Shown: positions 35,930 to 44,889, counted from the stretch's first letter. The stretch: 64,000 nt of DNA from Candidatus Nomurabacteria bacterium (GCA_020847275.1 JADLCI010000007.1:27814-91813), one strand, 5' to 3'. Notes: a model not told the origin generated them from the letters alone. Numbers and translations: made by a program.

Positions 35930-38029
35930 ATGGCACTAAATAAAATCTTTTCTTTGGCCGTCATTTCTGGTCTCTTCTTGCTTCTGCTAACGCCGTTGCT
36001 AATCTCTCGCTCGCTCCTCTTTCCATTCATCACAGGGAAGGCTTTCTTTTTTAGGATATTGATTGAGGTTGTTTTTTTTCTCTGGATCGTGCTTCTGTGG
36101 CGTGAGCCAACCTATCGCCCAAGAAAGTCTTGGTTGCTTTTGAGTGTTGTCGGGTTGGTCGCGGTAAGTGCTCTAGCGACAATTTTTGGTCAGAATCCTT
36201 ATCACAGCTTCTGGTCCAATTTTGAACGGATGGACGGGCTGATCAGTTATCTTCATTTGTCTGCTTACTTTTTGGTTATCGCAAGCACATTTAGAACAGA
36301 AAAGATCTGGCAGTGGTTTTTTCATTCATCAATTGGCGTTAGTTTGGTCGTTGCGTTTTATTCGCTCGCTCAAATTGCCGGTGCCATACCGATTAGTCAG
36401 GGGCGTTTGGACTCAACGCTTGGTAATGCGATTTATCTGGCTGTCTATATGCTTTTTCATGTTTTTCTAACGACCTTTCTTCTCGTTAAGCATTGGCGGC
36501 ATTTTTGGTTACGGTTTGTTTATGTCCCTATTATAATTTTACAGACTTTTATTCTTTATAAAACAGCGACAAGGGGGGCCATCATCGGTTTTTTGGTCGG
36601 CATTGGAGTTTCAACCCTGCTTATTATGATCAAGAAATGGTCGGACAGGAGGATTCGTGTGATCACTCTTGGTGTAGTTGGGGCCTTCGTTTTACTGGTT
36701 GGCGGTTTCTGGTTTAGTCGCCATTCCGATTTTGTCGTCAAGAGTCCGGTTCTTTCTCGCTTTGCCAGCATTTCCCTTACTGACGCCACGACGGATTCTC
36801 GTCTGACTATCTGGCAGATGAGCCTACGTGGATTCCGCGAGCATCCAATTCTTGGTTGGGGCCCAGAAAACTATAACTTGGTTTTTAATAAATATTTTGA
36901 ACCAAAGCTCTGGCGACAGGAACAATGGTTTGACCGTTCGCACAATATTTTCTTAGATTGGATGATTGATGCGGGTGTTCTTGGCCTACTTTCATATCTA
37001 TCACTTTTTGTCACGGCAATCTATTATCTCTGGCGGTCTCGTCAAACGGTGATAATTAAGAGTTTGTTTACTGGTCTTCTCGTGGCTTATTTGGTCAATA
37101 ATTTCTTTGCCTTCGACAATCTCACAAGTTATCTAGTTTTCTTTTCTTTTCTGGCGTATTTGCATTATCTGAACTTCTCGGAAGATGCTGTGGCTGTTGG
37201 TAAGTTTTCAAGGTACTTATCATGGAACAATGGTCACACGGCGGGGGTGATTATTTTGGTTTTCCTGCTCTCTGGGTCACTTTATTATTTCAACCTCCGA
37301 CCAATTTCGGCTAGCACGACGCTGATTCAGGCTATTGGTGATAGTGGTTCTGGTCTTCAACCAGAAAATGTGGCGAGTAGAAGACTGGCTTTGTTTAAGA
37401 AGGTTTTTGCTGCGGGGACTTTTGCTAATCGTGAAAGTACAGAACAACTTTTTGGCCAGGTGATGAATATTGTTGGTAACCCCATTGTTTCGGACACAAC
37501 TAAACAAGAGTTTGTTAACCTAACAGTTGATGAGATGAAGAAAGAAATTAAGACGGCCCCGGAAGATGCTCGTGCACATCTCTTGCTTGGCTCGATGTTG
37601 GTAAATATTGGAAAGTTTCCTGATGCTTTACCGGTTCTTGTTCGAGCAAGTGAGTTGTCGCCCAAAAAACAAACAATTCGTTTTCAACTCGCATCGGCCT
37701 ATTTGAACAGTGGCGAAAAAAAGAAAGCATTGGATATTGCCGAAGAAACCTTCCGTTTGGATGAGAATTTTCCAGAAGCAAGAAAATTATATGCGCTTAT
37801 TGCTCTCTACAACAATGATATTAAGTTGGCGAACGCTTTACTCGAGTCGTTTGTGACCTCTTTTCCGTCAGAACTTTTAGACGAGAGACTGGTACAAGCT
37901 TATGGAGTTGTTCGTGATGCAAATTCTTTGGGTCTTTTGTGGCAGAGAGCGGTTCAGCGTGACCCACTGTTCGAGCAAGATGTTAATACTTTTTTAGTGA
38001 GACTCAGGAAAGAGGGTGTTATTGAGTAA
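35930..38029 (+). CDS. O-antigen ligase/O-oligosaccharyltransferase-like (Wzy_C) membrane protein with a TPR tail
   Basis: STLGNAIYLA, TATRGA, RLTIW...HPILGWGPENY and DRSHNIFLD...GVLGL motifs, followed by C-terminal TPR-like helices. Confidence 0.85.
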   Translation: MALNKIFSLAVISGLFLLLLTPLLISRSLLFPFITGKAFFFRILIEVVFFLWIVLLWREPTYRPRKSWLLLSVVGLVAVSALATIFGQNPYHSFWSNFERMDGLISYLHLSAYFLVIASTFRTEKIWQWFFHSSIGVSLVVAFYSLAQIAGAIPISQGRLDSTLGNAIYLAVYMLFHVFLTTFLLVKHWRHFWLRFVYVPIIILQTFILYKTATRGAIIGFLVGIGVSTLLIMIKKWSDRRIRVITLGVVGAFVLLVGGFWFSRHSDFVVKSPVLSRFASISLTDATTDSRLTIWQMSLRGFREHPILGWGPENYNLVFNKYFEPKLWRQEQWFDRSHNIFLDWMIDAGVLGLLSYLSLFVTAIYYLWRSRQTVIIKSLFTGLLVAYLVNNFFAFDNLTSYLVFFSFLAYLHYLNFSEDAVAVGKFSRYLSWNNGHTAGVIILVFLLSGSLYYFNLRPISASTTLIQAIGDSGSGLQPENVASRRLALFKKVFAAGTFANRESTEQLFGQVMNIVGNPIVSDTTKQEFVNLTVDEMKKEIKTAPEDARAHLLLGSMLVNIGKFPDALPVLVRASELSPKKQTIRFQLASAYLNSGEKKKALDIAEETFRLDENFPEARKLYALIALYNNDIKLANALLESFVTSFPSELLDERLVQAYGVVRDANSLGLLWQRAVQRDPLFEQDVNTFLVRLRKEGVIE

Positions 38030-38036
38030 GTCATAT

Positions 38037-38065
38037 TTGACTTTTGGGATCAGTTTCGATAAACT
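38037..38065 (+). promoter_or_regulatory. Sigma70-type promoter upstream of a structured non-coding region
   Basis: TTGACT (38037-38042), 17 bp spacer, TAAACT (38060-38065). Confidence 0.6.
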
Positions 38066-38071
38066 ACTTTT

Positions 38072-38277
38072 TGTGGGTGCGATGTTGGCTTCGGTCAGCA
38101 CTGCTCCGCTAAATGTAAATGTCTGCGTAAGTCCCGTCCAGCTTTATTGTTGCGACGGGATTTGCGTGTCCATTGGTTTCATAATAAACTAAAAAAAGTT
38201 TATGCCCAGTTGTGGTCAGCGGTCGCACTCACATAGACATTTAGTTTTTTGGAGACAGCACCCGCTGACCACAACTG
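38072..38277 (+). ncRNA. Putative structured ncRNA or leader RNA of unknown family
   Basis: A cUUCGg-capped hairpin, a long hairpin 38118-38174 with G-U pairs, a 7-bp hairpin 38184-38203 and a perfect 16-bp inverted repeat 38207-38222/38262-38277. Confidence 0.5.
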
Positions 38278-38300
38278 AGTGGAAACATTTTTTGAAAAAG

Positions 38301-38309
38301 TTATCCACA
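38301..38309 (+). promoter_or_regulatory. Consensus DnaA box
   Basis: TTATCCACA, flanked by near-direct repeats ACATTTT(T/TC)TGAAAAAGT. Confidence 0.55.
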
Positions 38310-38423
38310 TTTTTCTGAAAAAGTAATTGTATCGCGCACATTTTTGTCCGATAATTATATGGAAGAACAACAACCAGTAGTCGAGGATGTTGTATTAGCT
38401 TTTAAAAATAATTTTTACGGTTC

Positions 38424-38519
38424 ATGAAGAAAAAGAAAAAAGCGGTAGCAAAGAAGCGCAAGACCACGAAGCGCAAGACCACGAAGAAGGCGACGAAGAG
38501 AAAGAAATCTCGCCGATAG
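38424..38519 (+). CDS. 31-aa highly basic (Lys/Arg) microprotein
   Basis: MKKKKKAVAKKRKTTKRKTTKKATKRKKSRR*, 20 of 31 residues K/R. Contains a 15-bp tandem repeat AAGCGCAAGACCACG x2. Below the ORF-track cutoff. Confidence 0.5.
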   Translation: MKKKKKAVAKKRKTTKRKTTKKATKRKKSRR

Positions 38520-38566
38520 TCTTGTAATTGTTTTTTCGCTTCAAAAAAGGCATAATGCTATGCATT

Positions 38567-40966
38567 ATGCCTTTTTGGTCGAAAATTTTCGGAGATCAGA
38601 GTACTGGTTATATTAAGACACTTGGGCCGATTGTTGCGCGCATTAATGAGTTGGAGGCGGAATTTTCCACGCTTGATTTAGCTGGTTTCCCTTCAAAAAC
38701 TGCCGCTTTTAGGCAGCGCCTCACTGACGGGGAAACTTTAGATGATCTTTTACCAGAAGCGTTTGCGTTGGTGCGGGAAGCGTCTCGTCGTACTCTCAAT
38801 CAGCGTCATTACGATGTTCAGTTGCTTGGAGGGGTAATTCTTCATCAGGGTAAAATTGCTGAAATGAAAACTGGTGAAGGTAAGACTTTGGTTTCTACAC
38901 TGCCAGCTTATCTAAACGCGCTCACCGGACGCGGGGTTCATTTGGTGACAGTTAATGATTATCTCTCTCGGCGTGATGCTGTTTGGATGGGACAGATCTA
39001 TGCTGCCCTGGGGTTATCGGTTGGCGTTATCAATCATGAGACCTCTTTTCTCTACGACCCAGGACATAAGGAGGTAGACGAGAAAAGAGATGCAGAAGGT
39101 TTGTTTCGAGTTTTTTATGAATTCTTAAAACCGTGTTCAAGGCGTGAAGCTTACGCTGCGGATATTACTTACGGGACCAACAATGAGTTTGGTTTTGACT
39201 ATCTGCGTGACAACCTATCTCGTAACCCTGAACAGGTGTCACAGATTAGTTTACCAGAACGATCATATCACAATTTTGCCATTGTTGACGAAGTGGATTC
39301 TATTCTAATTGACGAAGCACGAACGCCACTCATTATATCCGCACCAGTTGCTGACGCGGATTCTCTCTACATGCAATTTGCTCAAATTGCCAAAGGTTTT
39401 ACTCGTGACACTGATTACACCACTGAAGAGAAGAGTAAGACGATCGCTCTCTTGGATGAGGGAATATCGAGGGCCGAAAAATCTTTGGGAGTAGAAAACA
39501 TCTATACGGATAAGGGTATCAAGTACGTTCATCATTTAGAAACGGCTGTTCGTGCTCAAGCATTGTTTGAACGAGACCGCGATTACGTGGTGCGCGGGGG
39601 TGAGGTGGTGATTGTTGATGAATTCACTGGACGCCTTCAACCTGGGCGACGCTGGAGTGAGGGTTTGCACCAAGCAATCGAAGCCAAGGAGGGCGTGATG
39701 GTGAAGCAAGAATCGAGAACACTAGCCAGCGTTACATTCCAAAATTATTTCAAGCTCTATCGGAAAGTGGCGGGGATGACTGGCACGGCGCTAACTTCTG
39801 CCGAGGAGTTTCTCAGGGTATATGGTTTGGACACAATCGCCGTTCCCACCCATCGATCGAATGCGCGACGCGACCTAAACGATCTAATATTTCAAACCGA
39901 GAAAGGTAAAATTCAGGCAGTGGTGCGGAAAATTAAGGCGATTAATGAGACGGGGCAACCAGTTTTGGTGGGGACGATTTCTATCGAAAAAAACGAAATG
40001 CTCGCGGCTTATCTAAAGCGCGAGGGAATTGCTCACAACCTACTTAATGCTAAAAATAATGAGCAAGAGGGAGCGATTATTGCTGAAGCTGGCCGTCGAG
40101 GGAGTGTTGTCATTGCCACCAACATGGCTGGTCGTGGTGTGGATATTAAGCTCGGTGGACCGAGTGCGAGTGAAATGGAACGCGAAGAGATTAAGAAACT
40201 CGGTGGTTTGTATGTTATTGGAACGGAGAGACATGAGGCCAGACGCATTGATAATCAGCTTCGTGGGCGCGCTGGGCGGCAAGGTGATCCTGGGGTAACC
40301 CAATTTTTTATCTCACTTGAGGATGATCTGGCACGCGTTTTTGCTGCCGAGAGAATTAAGGGCATGATGGGACGGTTTGGCATTCCAGAAGATGAACCAA
40401 TTGAGGCACGTTTGGTCTCGCGGGCAATTGAGGGGGCGCAGGGGAAAATTGAGGGTTTAAATTTTGACGTCCGTAAACATTTGCTTGATTACGATAATGT
40501 TCTAAACCATCAACGCACGACCATTTATGAGCGTCGTCGTCGCCTGCTTTTTGGGGATATTGTTTTTCTTGATGAGTGGCTATTGAATAGCCTTCCAGAA
40601 GCACAAGTACTTGATCAGGAGAAAAAGTTACTTCTTTGCCGAGCAATTTTGCAGGTGATCGATCTAAATTGGTTGGAACATCTGGAGGCGATGGAATATA
40701 TGCGCAGTAGTGTTGGTTTGCGGGCTTATGGTCAGCGTGATCCGTTGGTGGAGTACAAACGCGAGGGCTTAAAAATGTTTAAAGAAATGGAGTCGAATAT
40801 CTTGGAAGAAATCAAACGTCTTCTGCCGAACATTGGTGAAGGTTTCAAGGATGAGGTAACGGTGCCACTTGCGACCGTTGCATCGGGTAATCCCACCGAA
40901 GTTGGACGGAATGACCTCTGCCCCTGTGGCTCTGGTAAAAAATATAAAAAATGTCATGGAAAATAA
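38567..40966 (+). CDS. secA: Preprotein translocase subunit SecA
   Basis: EMKTGEGKT, VTVNDYL, IVDEVDSILIDEARTPLIIS, ATNMAGRG, QLRGRAGRQGDPG and a C-terminal SEC-C motif CPCGSGKKYKKCH. Confidence 0.97.
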   Translation: MPFWSKIFGDQSTGYIKTLGPIVARINELEAEFSTLDLAGFPSKTAAFRQRLTDGETLDDLLPEAFALVREASRRTLNQRHYDVQLLGGVILHQGKIAEMKTGEGKTLVSTLPAYLNALTGRGVHLVTVNDYLSRRDAVWMGQIYAALGLSVGVINHETSFLYDPGHKEVDEKRDAEGLFRVFYEFLKPCSRREAYAADITYGTNNEFGFDYLRDNLSRNPEQVSQISLPERSYHNFAIVDEVDSILIDEARTPLIISAPVADADSLYMQFAQIAKGFTRDTDYTTEEKSKTIALLDEGISRAEKSLGVENIYTDKGIKYVHHLETAVRAQALFERDRDYVVRGGEVVIVDEFTGRLQPGRRWSEGLHQAIEAKEGVMVKQESRTLASVTFQNYFKLYRKVAGMTGTALTSAEEFLRVYGLDTIAVPTHRSNARRDLNDLIFQTEKGKIQAVVRKIKAINETGQPVLVGTISIEKNEMLAAYLKREGIAHNLLNAKNNEQEGAIIAEAGRRGSVVIATNMAGRGVDIKLGGPSASEMEREEIKKLGGLYVIGTERHEARRIDNQLRGRAGRQGDPGVTQFFISLEDDLARVFAAERIKGMMGRFGIPEDEPIEARLVSRAIEGAQGKIEGLNFDVRKHLLDYDNVLNHQRTTIYERRRRLLFGDIVFLDEWLLNSLPEAQVLDQEKKLLLCRAILQVIDLNWLEHLEAMEYMRSSVGLRAYGQRDPLVEYKREGLKMFKEMESNILEEIKRLLPNIGEGFKDEVTVPLATVASGNPTEVGRNDLCPCGSGKKYKKCHGK

Positions 40967-41429
40967 ATATCTACACGAAGTAGCTATTACCGCGATAATC
41001 TTGAAGGATGGTAAGTATCTAATCACCAGACGTTCGGTAAATAAGAAACGCTGGCCGGGGATGTGGACGGTGCCGGGCGGTAAACTAGAAACAGGAGACT
41101 ATATTAATTCACCGAAGGATACGCACGGATATTGGTACAATGTTTTAGAAAAAGTTTTACGACGAGAAGTAAAGGAAGAGGTTGGTTTGGAGATCTCTAA
41201 TATCGAGTATCTAACTAGTCTCGCCACAATTCACGAAGGGAATAATCCTTCTCTCGTAATATCATGTATTGCCGACTACGCTGGGGGGGAAGTGGTCTTG
41301 CAGGAGGAAGAGGCAGACCTTTTTTCTTGGGTTAATCTCGATGAGGCCAGGGAATATGAATTAATTGATGGCATCTATGATGAGCTTATTCTCGCCGAGA
41401 ATAGGAGATTGGGTATTAAAAACGAGTAG
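40956..41429 (+). CDS. NUDIX hydrolase
   Basis: PGGKLE...LRREVKEEVGL Nudix box; the start overlaps the secA 3' end. Confidence 0.88.
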   Translation: MENKYLHEVAITAIILKDGKYLITRRSVNKKRWPGMWTVPGGKLETGDYINSPKDTHGYWYNVLEKVLRREVKEEVGLEISNIEYLTSLATIHEGNNPSLVISCIADYAGGEVVLQEEEADLFSWVNLDEAREYELIDGIYDELILAENRRLGIKNE

Positions 41430-41439
41430 TCGCCCGGGG

Positions 41440-41472
41440 TTCTAAAGGACAAGCCGTCCTTGTCCTTTAGAA
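41440..41472. terminator. Perfect 14-bp inverted repeat (terminator-like hairpin)
   Basis: TTCTAAAGGACAAG-ccgtc-CTTGTCCTTTAGAA downstream of the NUDIX gene; no clear U-tract. Confidence 0.55.
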
Positions 41473-41613
41473 AGTGGGCCCAAAAACCGACCGTTTGGTC
41501 TAGGCTTTAGTCTCAGTTACTTGCTTTTTTGGGCTCATTGTGATAGTTGTGAGGGTAGTTATTGCACATTGACTGGCTCTTTTGGTTTGTGAATTCTTTA
41601 TTCAGTTAATTCC

Positions 41614-42987
41614 ATGTCCACAAAGAGCTGTCGTCTAGCGACAATTACTCCAATTGTGATTACCCTAGCTTTGCTCGGGTTCTTTTTCGTGGCAGGAACT
41701 CGTTCGGTAGGTGCCGAGGAAATTGTAACGGAAACTGTATCTGAGGTTAAGGAAATTGTGATTGAGGAGGAAAACACAGTGATCGAAACAATACCGGCGC
41801 CGATAATCGAAGAGATAAAGGTCGAGGCAGAAGACGCTACTGCGACTGAAGAAACAGCGACTGACACCGGTGACTCAGACCAGAGTCCGGTGACAGAGGT
41901 TATTCCCGAAACTATTGTCGAGACTGGTTTGCCTGCCGGCCCTGTTTCTGAGGTCACAACAGTAGTGTCGTCACTTGCTATTAGTGACGAGTTCGGTGGT
42001 AATTCGGCGGGTGTTACTAGTTCTAGTTCTGGTGGTGGACTCGCAATCAGTGACGAATTTGGCGGTAGTTCATCCATTCCTGCAGTATCTGAGGGGTCGT
42101 TTACTACCGGTAGTACGAGTGAAGGGACTTTCAGTACAACATCTCTGGGTGAAAATACCTTCACGACGCTATCTAACGGCGGTGAGCCTGGCTGTACTGT
42201 AAATTGCGGCGGTGGTGGAGGAGGAGGAAGTACTGGAGGCAATCGTAGTGGTGGTGGCTTCGTGCCCGCATCTACGATAACGGTTGTGCCATCACCTTGT
42301 CCTCTCTATCTCAAGGAGTTCATTCGTCTTGGACAAACAAATGATTCATTTGAGGTGCGCAAGCTTCAGGCTTTCTTGAATGTTTTCATGGGGGAAAGTT
42401 TACCAATCACCGGATTCTATAGTCAGGCGGACTTTGAGGCGGTGTCACGAATGCAAGCTCGGTATTTGTCAGATGTCCTAACTCCATGGGGGATTGATGA
42501 ATCTACCGGCTACGTCTTTATTACTACTCGTCTGGCGATTAACAATATTTATTGCAACCGTAGCACCGCCAATGATCTTGATTTGCGGAACTATTATCCA
42601 GAAATTGGTGGCGAAATTACTTTGAATCAAACTGACGAGCCGTCTGGTTTGGTGCTTGGTGTCGAGGGGGGAGATTTTGTCGCCACGTCCAGTCTGGCTG
42701 TTGCTACCAGTTCGAATATTTTCCAAACCGCGATGGTTGGTTTACTTAATTTTTTCAAACTTAATCCGGGTAGTGTTCTAGTTAGCTTACTTTCTCTGGC
42801 CATTCTTTTCATGTTTTTCCTTGTTTGGAAGCTTAGCGGTTACGATGATACAAAGGAACCAGAATCTGATGATTTCTGGCCACCGGTCGGTGGTGAGCCG
42901 GAGGAAGAGGTTATTATTGAAGATGATATGAACTCAGAACTTGATACCTCGGACGAAGATCCTACCCAACCGCCATTGACAGTATAG
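41614..42987 (+). CDS. Cell-surface protein with acidic and Ser/Thr/Gly-rich regions, a peptidoglycan-binding-like domain and a C-terminal TM anchor
   Basis: Signal-like N-terminus, LAISDEFGG x2, EVRKLQAFLN...ITGFYSQADFEAVSRMQ (PG-binding-like), hydrophobic helix followed by an acidic tail. Confidence 0.7.
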   Translation: MSTKSCRLATITPIVITLALLGFFFVAGTRSVGAEEIVTETVSEVKEIVIEEENTVIETIPAPIIEEIKVEAEDATATEETATDTGDSDQSPVTEVIPETIVETGLPAGPVSEVTTVVSSLAISDEFGGNSAGVTSSSSGGGLAISDEFGGSSSIPAVSEGSFTTGSTSEGTFSTTSLGENTFTTLSNGGEPGCTVNCGGGGGGGSTGGNRSGGGFVPASTITVVPSPCPLYLKEFIRLGQTNDSFEVRKLQAFLNVFMGESLPITGFYSQADFEAVSRMQARYLSDVLTPWGIDESTGYVFITTRLAINNIYCNRSTANDLDLRNYYPEIGGEITLNQTDEPSGLVLGVEGGDFVATSSLAVATSSNIFQTAMVGLLNFFKLNPGSVLVSLLSLAILFMFFLVWKLSGYDDTKEPESDDFWPPVGGEPEEEVIIEDDMNSELDTSDEDPTQPPLTV

Positions 42988-43087
42988 GCTTGTTCTGATA
43001 GATGTTAATTTGATAGGTCTTTGAGTTTGTAAATTGAGTTGTTGAACTAATTAGACCGCTTCGCCGGTCAGAGAGGAGCAGTTTATT

Positions 43088-43867
43088 ATGCTTCAGAGAG
43101 GTTTGTTTGTCTTGGGGGCTGCCGTACTCTGTGGTGGGATGATGGGAACAAGTTGTGGGGTCACTCCTGTTGGCGGCTTCACCAGTGGTCAAGAAGGTTC
43201 TTGCATTGTCAGCCCACTTGGTATTGTCTGTTGGTCTGACGAGGGTCAGACAAATGGGAGCGGGCAACATGGGCCAGTGGTCTCGGGTGGAACAGTTGGT
43301 CCCGATGGTTCAATTACGGTTGTTGCGGATGGGTCGTTGATGTTGGATTGGTCCAGCTTTAACTTCTCTAGTTTCTGGCCAAGCGCAGTTCCACCGTTTC
43401 GTCTCGAGATTGAAGGGCCGAGTGGACTTGTGGTCATCCAACCAGTTTCTGTTGGGAATGGACTTGTATTCATCTGGACACCGAATGTCTCTGGTACATT
43501 TACGATTTGGTTGGTGGATAGAGATGGACGTCGTTTCCAGTTACCACCAATCGTAATTGTGGTACTGGGTGTTGAGCCACCAGCACCCAGTGTTAGTCCT
43601 CTTGCTCTCAGTTTGGTTACTCCGAGCGATGGGGCGACACTGGTTTCTGGGACAACGCAAGTGCCTTTCACCATTGCGGTTTCTGGCGGAACGGGACCCT
43701 ATCAGTTCGTCTTCCATTTTTACGATGGACAGATCATTCCCAGCGTAGGACCAACCGTTTATCGGTCACTGGTTACTACTGGCGGTCAGTTGATGTCTAA
43801 CCTGGTCCGGGTTACCTCTTCGGATGGCCAAGTTCGTGACATCAGTTTCGGTATCCGGGTTAACTGA
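43088..43867 (+). CDS. Putative lipoprotein with Ig/PKD-like beta domains
   Basis: Hydrophobic leader ending GTSC (lipobox-like), SGGTGPYQFVFHFYDG PKD-like motif; SD GAGGAG at 43073-43078. Confidence 0.55.
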   Translation: MLQRGLFVLGAAVLCGGMMGTSCGVTPVGGFTSGQEGSCIVSPLGIVCWSDEGQTNGSGQHGPVVSGGTVGPDGSITVVADGSLMLDWSSFNFSSFWPSAVPPFRLEIEGPSGLVVIQPVSVGNGLVFIWTPNVSGTFTIWLVDRDGRRFQLPPIVIVVLGVEPPAPSVSPLALSLVTPSDGATLVSGTTQVPFTIAVSGGTGPYQFVFHFYDGQIIPSVGPTVYRSLVTTGGQLMSNLVRVTSSDGQVRDISFGIRVN

Positions 43868-43884
43868 CAAGTATGGGAATCACC

Positions 43885-43924
43885 AAAGCCGTTCTTTCCA
43901 CCAAGTGTGGGGGAGCGGCTTTTT
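43885..43924 (+). terminator. Intrinsic terminator
   Basis: AAAGCCGTTCTTTCCAC...GTGGGGGAGCGGCTTTT. Confidence 0.75.
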
Positions 43925-43960
43925 ATAACCCTTGCTTTTTTGCCAGGGATATGATAGTTA

Positions 43961-44863
43961 ATGAGTTATATGAAAAATTATATGATTCGTTTGGTGTTTC
44001 TGGGCCTGGTTTTAGGTGGGCTTGTTAATGTTGGGTATACAGAAGTTTATGCCCAGATGGCCCTAACTTCAGTGATCAATTCTCCAACCGAAGGGCAAAC
44101 TGTTCTTGTCAACCAGCCGTTAACATTTTCTGGTTCGGCGACGGGTGGCAACCCCACTTTCTATGGTTATCTGTGGAATTTTGGGGATGGAACTTTTGCT
44201 GGTGCTACCAATTTTAGTAAAACCTACAACACCGCGGGCCCCAAGACAGTTTCTTTGACGGTCACTGATTTCACTGGCGCTCAAGCGATTACCACACGAC
44301 ACATTATTGTGAACCCCGTTGTTAATCCTGATGCACCGACAGTAGACCTTATGGTGAATGGCGGCAATGGCCCCTTAACTGTTGATACCGGCGCTAGTCC
44401 CACCCTTACCTGGACATCGACGAACGCAACTTCCTGCACTGCCTCCAGTGCTTGGTCTGGGAGTAGGGAATTAAATGGTAGTGAGTCAGTTGGCCCACTT
44501 AGTACCAGCGGTACGTTTGTTTATACGCTTTCTTGTGCTGGCGCAGGAGGGTCAGCTTCCGATAGTGTTACCGTTAATGTTGGTACACCGGGTGGTCCCG
44601 TTACGCCTGTTATCAGTAATATTCAGGTAACGAATGTTACCCAGACGGGAGCCACGATTACCTGGGATACTAATATTTTGGCTGACAGTCGTGTAATCTA
44701 TGATACTGTTTCTCACCCCACACTTGGAACAGCGCCTAACTTTGGTTACGCATTCACTACCGACACTCTCAATGTCAGTCCAAAAGTGACCGCACACTCA
44801 GTGTCTGTCACTGGTCTTACACCCAATACCCAGTATTTTTTCCGAGTACTGTCCCAATCATAA
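43961..44863 (+). CDS. Secreted PKD + fibronectin type III domain protein
   Basis: WNFGDG PKD motif; ATITWDT...HSVSVTGLTPNTQYFFRV FN3 motif; signal peptide. Confidence 0.85.
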   Translation: MSYMKNYMIRLVFLGLVLGGLVNVGYTEVYAQMALTSVINSPTEGQTVLVNQPLTFSGSATGGNPTFYGYLWNFGDGTFAGATNFSKTYNTAGPKTVSLTVTDFTGAQAITTRHIIVNPVVNPDAPTVDLMVNGGNGPLTVDTGASPTLTWTSTNATSCTASSAWSGSRELNGSESVGPLSTSGTFVYTLSCAGAGGSASDSVTVNVGTPGGPVTPVISNIQVTNVTQTGATITWDTNILADSRVIYDTVSHPTLGTAPNFGYAFTTDTLNVSPKVTAHSVSVTGLTPNTQYFFRVLSQS

Positions 44864-44889
44864 ACTGTTGTAATTTGTCTGATTTTGGG

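Noticed and set aside
38202-38318. 38-aa ORF MPSCGQRSHSHRHLVFW... as a secM-like leader peptide
   Set aside because: It runs across both arms of the 16-bp inverted repeat and the DnaA box, with no SD or signal peptide. The sequence is better explained by RNA or DNA structure, though it is not excluded.
38280-38345. Replication origin (oriC)
   Set aside because: Only one perfect DnaA box, no dnaA/dnaN nearby, and no change in gene-strand bias across the site.
40500-40660. Short helical-wing region of SecA as a sign of pseudogenisation
   Set aside because: The frame is intact with all motor motifs and the SEC-C tail, so this is more simply a streamlined SecA.
41598-42242. 214-aa minus-strand ORF, and similar long antisense or alternate-frame ORFs (20803-21348, 43246-43674, 13978-14388)
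   Set aside because: These are shadows of well-supported coding genes and have no independent motifs.
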